Assembly (NCBI GenBank): GCA_963575745.1
Contig: CAUYUJ010000001.1
Span: forward strand, 2,976,001 to 3,040,000
DNA length: 64,000 bases
Source of the DNA: Prorocentrum cordatum
Taxonomy: Eukaryota
Direction: 5' to 3'
Positions 51,545-61,226 of this stretch are shown here, in pieces; the stretch's first letter is position 1; each line of letters starts with the position of its first letter. The translations under genes were made by a program, and so were the position numbers. The notes under the pieces are model-generated. The model searched no databases and had not been told where the DNA came from. It saw only the letters and a list, made by a program, of their open reading frames with translations.

Positions 51545-52855
51545 CCTGAAAGCATATAACTTGTATATGTGAGGGATTGTTTTGTGTGAAGTAATGCGCC
51601 ATTCCGAACCACATACATATGATATATTCCAAATGCACATGTATTTGTGGTAACTCAACGCACAAATTCAATATATTGATCAATGTTCTGGCTCACCGCA
51701 GAGGTTCAGTCACACTGGAAAGTCGATCCCTTCTTGACCGAGGGAAGACCACGAACGATGCGGAGGAGGAGGATGGAGGATACTGTGTGAGGAGGATGAT
51801 GAGGGAGGAATGATGATGAGGAGTGGGTGGGAGGACGAGAGAGAATAATTAGGATATCAACGGCAATTTCTTATATTAGAAATGTGCGTTGATGAGAACC
51901 GACGACGCTTTTTGATTTTGAAAATTGACGTCGTCCCGTATCGACAGCACTTTTTGATTTTAGAAAGTGGCGGTGGTCCGGACCAACGTGGAATTCTAAA
52001 TTCAAAAATTGCCGTTGATTTCAAATATCAGCACCACAGGTGGTTAGTGAACCGAATTAGAAGCACATTGAGTGGTTCTGAACACCTTTGGGAGCACGTT
52101 GAGCAGTCTTAGTGCCATATTGGAGCTGTCTTTGTGGCCCTCTTGGGCTCTCTTGGAGCCGTCTTGAAACCAGTTTGATGTATCGTGGGCTGTCTTGGGG
52201 CCATCGTGGGCATCTCCTGGATTGCAGAAGATGGCATCAAGAGGGCACTTCGGTCCACCCGACGTGCGGTATTTATTAGAAACTACATACCTCCATATTG
52301 GGTTGCTATCTTGGGCAGTCTTGGGAGCGTCTTGGGCAGTCCTGGTGTCATTTCGGACCCCCTTGGGCCGTCTTGGGGCCATCTTGGAGCAATATTGGGT
52401 GCATCTTTGGTCGTCATGAGGCCATTTTGGAGGCCTCTCGGTCGATCTTCGGGCTGTATTGGGGGCCTCTTGGGTTCTCTTGTGCAGTCGGAAGGCCGAA
52501 ACTGCGCGAAGTACAGAAAACACAATTCACATCAATGGTTTTGAAACCAAGTCAACTTGGACAATTCACTTTTTTTTTCAAAACCTTCGCTGGGAGTGGC
52601 GGTTTCTGTAAAAATGCTACATGTGTCTTTGGCGCCGTCTTGGGCTTTTTTGGATCCCCTTGGGTCCCTCTTGGAGCCGTCTTAGAACCCCCTTGGGCAC
52701 TCTTGGAGCAGTCTTCCTCATTGTGACGATGCTTGTTTTTTTTAATCGCTGGCTACGCCTGGCTCGAGGAACTCCACGGCGCGCATCGCGCGTAGCAAAA
52801 CAGCTTGCACGCACAACAGCTCAAGCCTGACAGAATATCAACTGAAAGTGAAACT

Positions 52856-53503
52856 TCAACACACGGGCTCGATATCTGCATCTTCACCGCCGCACTCCTT
52901 CCCGACATCACAAGTTGATTCACGTGCTGACACCTTGCGCCTCTTCTCGTCACCCTTGGTGTACGTTCGCTTATCTGGCTCACTGATCTCCGTTGCACGG
53001 ATGAACAACCATTTCAGAACATTGGCATCGAGCGAGACCATAGCCTTAGTTGGCTTGACGTTCAATGGCATGTGTGTGTGTACCTCGCGGATCTCTTCCC
53101 CCGCCTTGGTCAGGAAAGCTGGGAGCACGACGTCCACGATCGAGCTCGACGTGCCCTCTTGGAGGTGCTGCAACGCCTTCTCCTGGGTCCTCCTGCGGTA
53201 ATCTGATTGCTGACCTCCGCGAGTGTTTGTAGCGCCGAGCTCCTGTTTGCTGGCTTCCTCCTGGAGCTTACACAACTCGGTAATGAGGACAGAAGCACGG
53301 GCTGAGTACGTTCTCTTGTTCACTAGCCAAGACTGCATCATCTTATCGCCTCGCTTCAGCTCGACGAAGTTTCTCCCTCCGACCGTCCGCACAGGCACGC
53401 CACACCAATCGGGGTGAGTGTTCACAGGAGAACTGATAGTCACAGTCGTAGTGAATGTGATATCTTTCATCACTGAAGTATGGAAGGGAACTGGTTCCGA
53501 CAT
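52856..53503 (-). CDS. 215-aa hypothetical protein (start MSEPVPFHT)
   Basis: Non-repetitive part of track ORF 52856-53827; the ATG at 53503 lies 50 nt downstream of an SL relic. Confidence 0.65.
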   Translation of the reverse strand: MSEPVPFHTSVMKDITFTTTVTISSPVNTHPDWCGVPVRTVGGRNFVELKRGDKMMQSWLVNKRTYSARASVLITELCKLQEEASKQELGATNTRGGQQSDYRRRTQEKALQHLQEGTSSSIVDVVLPAFLTKAGEEIREVHTHMPLNVKPTKAMVSLDANVLKWLFIRATEISEPDKRTYTKGDEKRRKVSARESTCDVGKECGGEDADIEPVC

Positions 53504-53553
53504 CGAAACAGTGAAATACACCTGATGCGGAAATCTGAATGAACGCAATATGC

Positions 53554-53573
53554 TTTGAGCCAAAACGGCTATG
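53554..53573 (-). other. SL relic upstream of the 215-aa ORF
   Basis: CATAGCCGTTTTGGCTCAAA. Confidence 0.8.
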
Positions 53574-54425
53574 TACACACGTACGCACACACGCACGCAC
53601 GGTGGGAGGAAACGAAGGATGCAGGAGGAGGACGAGGATGAAGAGCAGCAGCAGGAGCTTGAGTGGAAACAGTGGGAGGAGCAGGAGGACCAGGGAAAGG
53701 CGGAGGAAGGAAAATGAGGTGGGCGACAACATTGAGCAATGCCTCGGATCTTGAAAAAGGACCGCGTTGGGGCGAGAGCGCCATTCTGAACGACGGGAGC
53801 CCCCACCCAAGATGCCCAAGGCCCCAAGATGCCCTTAAGGCCCCAAATACAGCCAGCCAGCCAACCAACAACCCAACCAACCCCTGGCCGTGCTACGCGA
53901 ATTGTATGCGAGGCCCCAAAACACCTAAGGCCCCAAGATGCCTAAGGCCCTAAAATGTCCAGAAGGCAAAACATACAGCCAACCAGCCAGCAAGCCACCC
54001 AAACAACCTCTGGCCGTGCCACGCGAAGCGTATACGAGTCCCCAAGACGCCTAAGGCCCCAAGATGCCTAAGGCCCCAAGATGCTCCTTAGCTCACTGGG
54101 CCTTGAAAGGCCGAAGACCTCGGAGGACCCCGAGGCACGCGGGGCACCCAGGCCCTCAGGGGCCGTCGCCCATTCCAGCGCACCCCTCACACGGATCGTG
54201 GAGTCTGGACGTGAAGGGCCGAAGGCCTATGGATAAGGGATCCGTTGAAAGGGGGTAGTTCTTTCTGTACCCCCGTCCCCCCTCATCCTCCTGTCTGCTT
54301 CGCCTCTCATGTTTTGCATGTGCAGCTGCACGCCAAAAGGGCTTCGCAGCGTGACGGTGCAGCGTCGTCGCTTCGGCCTATGCCGCAATCCACACGCGCA
54401 GTCGCAACGGCTGTAAAGGAACTAA

Positions 54426-57356
54426 TTAGCGGCGGGACCGCTTCGCTGGCGAGCCGATTTCACTAGACGGTGTCTCGTGAGGAACTGGGACGCCCTGGTA
54501 CAGCATCTCGCCCTCCTTTACCTTTCGGTGGTTCTTCAGCATGGGCAGCTTGACCTCCATCTCATCTGCGTCATCGCCAGTCTTGAGATGCAAGTTGATC
54601 TTGTGGGTCATCCAAACCGTAGTGAGGTTGGGCTGCCACACTTGGTTTGCAAACGGAACACACCAAAATGGTGATACGAAATTCTGATTCTCGCCCTTGC
54701 CGGCCGCGAACTGCGGCATGAGGTGGAAAAGCGTGCGAGGTACCCGCACTAATTCACCCAAATCGATTGCCCTATCTGGGGCCTTCTGGTCTGGCAAACG
54801 GGTCTTAATGAATTGTGTCGCTGGCACAAGCGTGATCTCGCCTGCTTTGAAATCCCGTTTCGCAACCACAGCGTAAGGGTTGTGGTACACCTTCAAGTCG
54901 TGGTTGATGTTGTTCCAATGAGCATTCTCGCTCAGAGCGTTGAGGACGATGGTGATCTGCGCCTTCATGCAATCAAGTGCCCAGCTCCAGTTCGTCTCGG
55001 GAACCACGCTCATGACGTCGACCTCCTCCTGCGGCTTACTGGTAGACACGCACCAGAGGTCCTTGAGGTTGGCCAGCATTACGGAGTTATCCTCCAACAA
55101 GCCTTCGTGCACGCCAGTCGGGGAGAGGATGGCCGTGGCGATGCCCAACTCTTTCACGGTCCACAAGTTGCACTGGCATTCAGGATCAGGTTTTTTCAAT
55201 TTGACCACAGCACCAAGCTTGAACCCAAGCTGCATCATCTGAAACGCTGGTGACTTGGCATCTTGCAACTGCTGCAGCGCCAAGTGTTTCGCCTGCTCGG
55301 GCGCTTCGGGTTTGCTCTCGACGGTCGAGACGTTCCCCGAGGACGCAGAGGCAACCTCGGAAGTCAAATTACAAAACAACAATCCTCCTTCCTCCCTTCC
55401 TCTATCCTCTCATCCCTCACCCCTCCTCCGTTCCGTCCCTTCCCTCCGAGGGAGGGGGAGGAGGAGGAGGGGGGGGAGGAGGAGGGAGGAGGGGGAGGAG
55501 GAGGGTGGAGGAGGAGGCGGGGGAGGGATGAGGAGGGAGGAGAAGGGTGGAGGAGGAGGCGGAGGAGGAGAGAGAGAGAGAGAGATAGACAGACAGACAG
55601 AGAGAGAGAGAGATAGGAAGAGGAGGATTTTTTCATGTGCTACGATCACCTTGCCGACTTGCTTCGCGCCGATCCTGTGGCGCGGGAGGAAGGGGTGGTC
55701 GATCGCAATGCCCGTAATGGCAGCCAAGCCGTCGACGAAGACCTGGAAGGCAGCGTCCAGGGACTTGTGCTCCACGCCCTCCTTGCTGGCCTTACCCTTT
55801 TTCATAAGGAACAGCGCCAGCCGAATGTCGTGCTGGCCCGTCAACTCAAGCTTCTTGATTTTGTCGAGCCCGTAGTTGTCGCACATGGTGCGGGCCTGCT
55901 CCATCATGCTCTCGGCCCGCTGCACGTCGTCGTAGATGGACTTCGCAGTCAGCTTCGACAGGTCAGCATCCTTCAGCAAGCACGCCCTATTGTCAATCAC
56001 CTTCTCGATGGGGGAATCCATCTGCGCGAGCAGCGCTGCAACTCGGATCCTCATCGGCGGAACCACTGATTTCGGCCAGCTCAGCGACGCCAGCTTGTCG
56101 AAGAAGACGCCGCCGACGTGGCCGAAGGAAACACCAGCTCCGCGCGGCGCCTGACGCTGACAGACGACGATTTTTGATTTTAAAAATTGCCGTTGGTCCT
56201 GACCAACTGCATTTTTTGATTTTGAAAATTGCAGTCGGTCCAGACCGACTGCACTTTTTGATTTTAGAAAACTGTTGGTGTGGTTAGTTCCTCCTCCTCC
56301 TCCTCCGCCTCCTCCTCCCTCTCCTTCTCCTCCTCCTCCTCCCCCTCCCCCTCCCACTCATCCCACTCATCATCATCACCCGTGTCCGCCCCCTCCTCCT
56401 GGCCTTGAACAGTGCCACCTTCATGTCGCGAGCCTCCTCCACCAACTCCCTCGGGACAACGCTAGCGAACTTCTTCAAGGACTGCGCCCATGCTGCCCAG
56501 AACGGGTTCGTGAGCAACGCGCCATCGACCGCGGCCTGCCACGCCAGCTTGTCGTCCTGCACATTGAGCTCCTCCACCTGATGTTTGAACGTCGAGTGCA
56601 TGGTCAGCAAGCCCTCGAGCTCCGAGACCTCAGACGTGTCCACGCGGTTCAACGCCGCGTAACCAATCTGGATGACCTCTGGGAAGGCCTTGATGACTTC
56701 AAAACTGACCACGGTCCATTCCAGCCCCCTGGAAAGCGCTGTGTTCAGGCTCGGCCACTTGGTGATGAGGAACTGCGAATCCAAAGAGCCGCTGGGCGCG
56801 ATGGTCTCATCGGTGCATGGCAAGGCGGCCTGGATGGCGCGCAGAGTCACGTTGGAGTGCGTGCCGCCGAAGGAAGCCAATTCCATCTTCTCGCAAGGTG
56901 GGAGGCCGCACTTCCTGCTGTGCTCTTCATTCCAAGAAATCCAGCCGCCGCACGCATCATCAGTGGTCGGAACCTCCACGGCGAACGCGCCCTGGCAGGC
57001 TCGCGGGTAGCTCCAGCCAGCCCTGCAGTGCTTGCCGAGGTTCGACAAGCTCTTCTGCACCTTGGAGTCCTCCTCCTCCACCTCCTCCTCTTTCTCCTCC
57101 TCCACCCCCTCCTACACCTCCTCATCTACCTCCTCCTCCTCCTTGGCACCTCGAAGCCCAAGCCGCCGCGATTCTGCGGCGAAGCGCCGACCCTGGTCGG
57201 CGCGACCGTGGTGACCCGCAGGAGCTCCTTCTTGCTACCGAGGATCCCGAGGATGCTGTCCCAAGCCTTGACCACCTCCGCGTCCTGCTTGAACCGACAG
57301 ATGACCTGCCGCAAGTCGCCGCTGACCTCCCGCAGGGCCTGCTCCACGGCTGGCAT
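54426..57356 (-). CDS. 4-exon gene, about 764 aa: ParB/Srx-like N-terminus plus degenerate SET-like C-terminus
   Basis: Exons 57356-57150, 57060-56404, 56150-55650 and 55355-54426 join in frame. Introns are GT-AG (89 nt), GC-AG (253 nt) and GT-AG (294 nt). Motifs: VGASPQNRGGLG, FGGTHSNVTLR; VVAKRDFKAGEI...PNL...LKNHRKVKEGEML. Confidence 0.7.
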
Positions 57357-57394
57357 GGTTGCAAAAGCGCCAGGCCGATCGGAGCGAAGGCGAC

Positions 57395-57414
57395 TTTGAG
57401 CCAAAACGGCGATG
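57395..57414 (-). other. SL relic upstream of the 4-exon gene
   Basis: CATCGCCGTTTTGGCTCAAA, 38 nt from the ATG. Confidence 0.75.
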
Positions 57415-57816
57415 CGAACGACGACGCCAGGCAGCCCCAAGATGCCCCATGGCCACAGGAGGCACCAGGAGGCACCTGCAGGAGGCACCAGGAGGCGTCA
57501 GGAAGTCCCAGGAGGCTCCAGGACTTTCCAGGACTTGCCAGGAACTCACAGGAAGTTCCAGAAAGCGCCAGGAAGTCCCAGGATGCCCCAGGAAAGAAAC
57601 ACCAAGGGAGCTCAGGATGCCCCAGGAGGCTCCAAAATTTCCCAAGAGACCGCAGGAGTTCCCAGGATCCGCCTAAAGCCCCTCAGGATGCCGAAGGAGG
57701 CTTCAGGAAGCCCCCCCTAGGCCACTATGAGGCCCCAGGAAGCCACAGGATGCATCAGAGAGCCATATGAGGCCCCAAGAGCCCCAGGAAGTCCTAGGAG
57801 GCCCCAGGAGGCTCCA

Positions 57817-58190
57817 GGAGGTTGCTAATCTTCTTAGCTAAGCCGCTAACTCACTTAGCTAACCTGATTAGCTAACTAGCTTAGCGGCTTAACCTAAGGA
57901 TGTTAGCAACCCTTGCAAGTCACGTGCTAACACGTTGCCAATCGACGTCCGCAATATACCTAACGCAATGTATTCCTTTAGCTATATCGTCTATCATGAT
58001 ATAGGCATGCGGTGGCGTTGGTAACGACTTGTATAACGAACCCTAAGCCGCTAATGCGTTGCAACAGTTATAAGCACGTTATAAAAGTTATCAAGATGTT
58101 ATTGGGAAGTTGCTAAAGAGTTGGTAGAAGTTGCCAGAGGCTTAGCAAGTTGTTATAACGACGACAAGTGTTAGCAAACCCGGCACTCTT
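57817..58190. repeat. TTAGCTAA-rich block (right of gene cluster; similar sequence again at 58945-59083)
   Basis: ttagctaa occurs three times within 57835-57875, plus ttagcaaccc and aagttatcaa. Confidence 0.55.
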
Positions 58191-58239
58191 CCAAGCAGAA
58201 GCGACCTCCATGTCCACAATACCACAATTCCGCCTGACG

Positions 58240-58925
58240 CTGTCCGGGCGCCCGGGCGGCCCGCGGGCGTCCGGGCGGCTGGGCGCCCGGGCGTCCGGGC
58301 CGCCCGGGCGTTCGGGCGCCGAGCGCTCTGGGCGTCCGGGCGGCCCGGGCGGCCCGGGCGTCTCGGCGGCTGTGCGGCTGGGCGCTGTCCGGGCATCCCG
58401 GCACCCGGGCGTCCGGGGCGCCCGAACGGCCGCGGCGTCTGGGCGGCTGGGCGCCCGGGCGTCCGGGGCGCCCGGGCGGCAGCGACGTCCGAGCGGCTGG
58501 GCGCCCGGGCGGGCCCTCCGGCGTTCGGGCGCCGGCGCTCTGGGCGCCCGGGCGGCCCTGGCGGCCCGGCGGGGCTGTTTCGCTGGGCGCCGTCCGAGCA
58601 TCCCGGCGCCCAGGCGTCCGGGGCGCCCGAGCGGCCGCGGCGTCCGGGCGGCTGGGCGCACGGGCGTCCGGGCCGCCCGGGCATCCGGGCGCCGGGCGCT
58701 CCGTGCGTCCGGGCGCCCGGGCGCTCTGGGCGTCCCGGCGGCCCGGCGGCCCGGGCGTCCGGGCGGCTGGGCGCCCGGGCGCGTCCGGGCGGCTGGGCGC
58801 CCTGGCGGCCGCGGCGTCCGGGCGGCTGGGCGCCGGGGCGTCTGGGCCGCCCCGGCGTTCGGGCGCCGGGCGCTCTGGGCGTCCGGGCGGCCCGGGCGGC
58901 CCGGGCGCCCGGGCGGCTGGGCCGC
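58240..58925. repeat. Extremely GC-rich (CCGGGCG/GGCGTCC)n degenerate repeat
   Basis: Read directly from the sequence. Confidence 0.85.
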
Positions 58926-59177
58926 TGCTGGGATCACCGCTCTGCTTAGCATGTGGATAGATAGCTTATATCTACTTAGCCGTCGACATAACATACTTAG
59001 CTAAGCTACATAGCGCGCGCCCGCTATCCAAGTTAGCAGGGCCGCGCTAACCAGGATAGCCTAGTCGGTCTATCCTAGATAGCACGTGTGGCCGCACGTC
59101 CCGCGGCCCCATAGGAAGCTCCACACACACACACACACACGCGCACACACACACACACACACACACGCGCGCACACT

Positions 59178-59238
<61 letters not shown>

Positions 59239-59455
59239 GCACACACACACACACACACACACTCTCTGGCACAACCCTCACACGTTTCGTGGCCCAACAT
59301 GTGTGGCCACACCCAGTCTGGCACACCCCTCACACGTTCCGTGGCCCCGCATGCGTGGCCACACCCACTTTGTCACACCCCTCACACGTTTCGTGGCCCC
59401 GTGTTCTGAGATCGTCGTCGTCGTCCTCCTCGTCGTCGTCCTTGTCCTCGTCGTC

Positions 59456-59494
<39 letters not shown>

Positions 59495-59783
59495 TGCTCT
59501 GGAGTCGGCGGGGGGGGCGGAAGCCCTACGTTCTGCTGGGGGCGGCGGGCGGGGCGCAACCCTGGATCTGCCCACATAGCGAAACGCCCCCAGCAAAGCG
59601 CCCTAAATAGCAAGGGGGGCGCGGAAATGGCAGAAGCCTACGGAATAGGAAGGCGGGGGGGAGGGAGCGACGACGACTAAGACGACGACGACGACGAAGC
59701 TCCGAACGGTCTGCGGCCAGAGCGGTCTGCGCTCGCAAGCTCCGAGCGGTCTGCGGCCAGAGCGGTCCTGCAAAAACCGCTGA

Positions 59784-59823
<40 letters not shown>

Positions 59824-60129
59824 TCGTCCTCCTCGTCGTCGTCGTCGTCGTCGCCCTCGTCGTCGTCGACGTCGTCGTCCTCGTCGTCGTCGTCGTCGTC
59901 CTGTTCGCCAAGTCGCACGATGCCCGACTCGGCGCACGGGAGCGGTCTTCGCTCGCAAGCTCATTCATGAGCTGTCCTGCAAAAAACCTCCGAGTCGTCG
60001 TCGTCGTCGTGGTCTAGCTGTTCACCTCGTCGTCGTCGTCGTCGTGATTCGGTTCGGCCAGTTCGTCGTCGTCGTCGTCGTCGCCGCCGCCGCCGTCGCC
60101 GCCGCCGCCACCCTCGCCGCCGCCGTCGC

Positions 60130-60160
<31 letters not shown>

Positions 60161-60688
60161 CCAAGAGGCCTCCAATACGGCCCAAGAGGCCTCCAAGAGG
60201 TCCTCCAGGAAGGCCCGAAGATGCCAAAATCACCGATTCCCCTTAGGTTGTTGAAGGGTTTTGGCATTTACGCCTTTTCGGCCTTCCGTCGGCCGAAGAC
60301 GGCCCAAAAGGCCCCCAAGGTCGCCCCAAGAGGGCCCCAAGACGGCCCAAGAGGCTTCCAAGACGCCCAAGATGGCCTCCAAGATGGCCCTGAGGCGCCC
60401 CAAGAGGGCCCCAAGTCGGTTCAGGGAGGCCCCCAAGACGGCTTCCGACGGCGTCAGACGGGCCAGGAACGCCCTAAGACGGCCAAAGAGGCCCCCAAGA
60501 GTATGGCCGCCCGCCTCGGAGCGATTGGCCTCGTCGTCGGGCGGGGTGAAGGGCTCGCCCTGCGTGGCCATCTCGGGCTGGGGATCTCTCGGGGCTGGGG
60601 GAGTCCAGGTCTGCTGCGTTAAAGCTGGGGGCCAAGGATGGCTGCGGACTCAGAGGGGCCGCAAACACCCTAACAGCAGTGAGAGTGA

Positions 60689-60795
60689 CCCCGATGGTTG
60701 TCCCGATGGTTGTCCCGATGGTTGTCCCGATGGTTGTCCCGATGGTTGTCCCGATGGTTGTCCCGATGGTTGTCCGAATGGATGTCCCGATGGTT
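60689..60795. repeat. 12-bp tandem repeat (CCCGATGGTTGT) x about 9
   Basis: Read directly from the sequence. Confidence 0.93.
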
Positions 60796-61226
60796 ATAGC
60801 CGCAGCGCTCGAGAGGGGCGACCCCGGACCCACAACCAAGGCACGGTGGCTGATCAGATGGCGAACTTCCACGATCGTCGCAAGCTCTCGGTCCTTCTGG
60901 GGGTCGGCTGACGAGGAGGAGGACGGGATGATGATGATGAGGATGATGATGATGAAGGGACGTTTCCACGCGAGCAGCGCCGCGAGCGCGCGTGCAGGTA
61001 CAACTCAAACGTCATGCGTGTCTCCTCGCGTGTGTCCTCCTCCTCCTCCTGCTCCTCCTCCTCCTCCTCCTCCTCCTCCTCCTCCTCCTCCCTCTCATTC
61101 CCGTTATCGCCATCATCATCCCAATCCATAGTCACTTTGCTCCTGCTCTCCCCCCCTGTCCTCATCCCCTCCCCCTCCTCACCATCCGCCTCCCTCCATA
61201 AATACACGGCACCACCCATCTTTACC

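Noticed and set aside
53504..53827. N-terminal extension of track ORF 52856-53827
   Set aside because: Runs through microsatellite and the SL relic; the ATG at 53503 is preferred.
56275..57770. 374-aa and 317-aa plus-strand ORFs
   Set aside because: Antisense to the ParB-like exons, or running through low-complexity repeats.
58113..59004. Arg/Pro/Gly-rich ORFs on both strands
   Set aside because: Stop-free GC-rich simple repeat.
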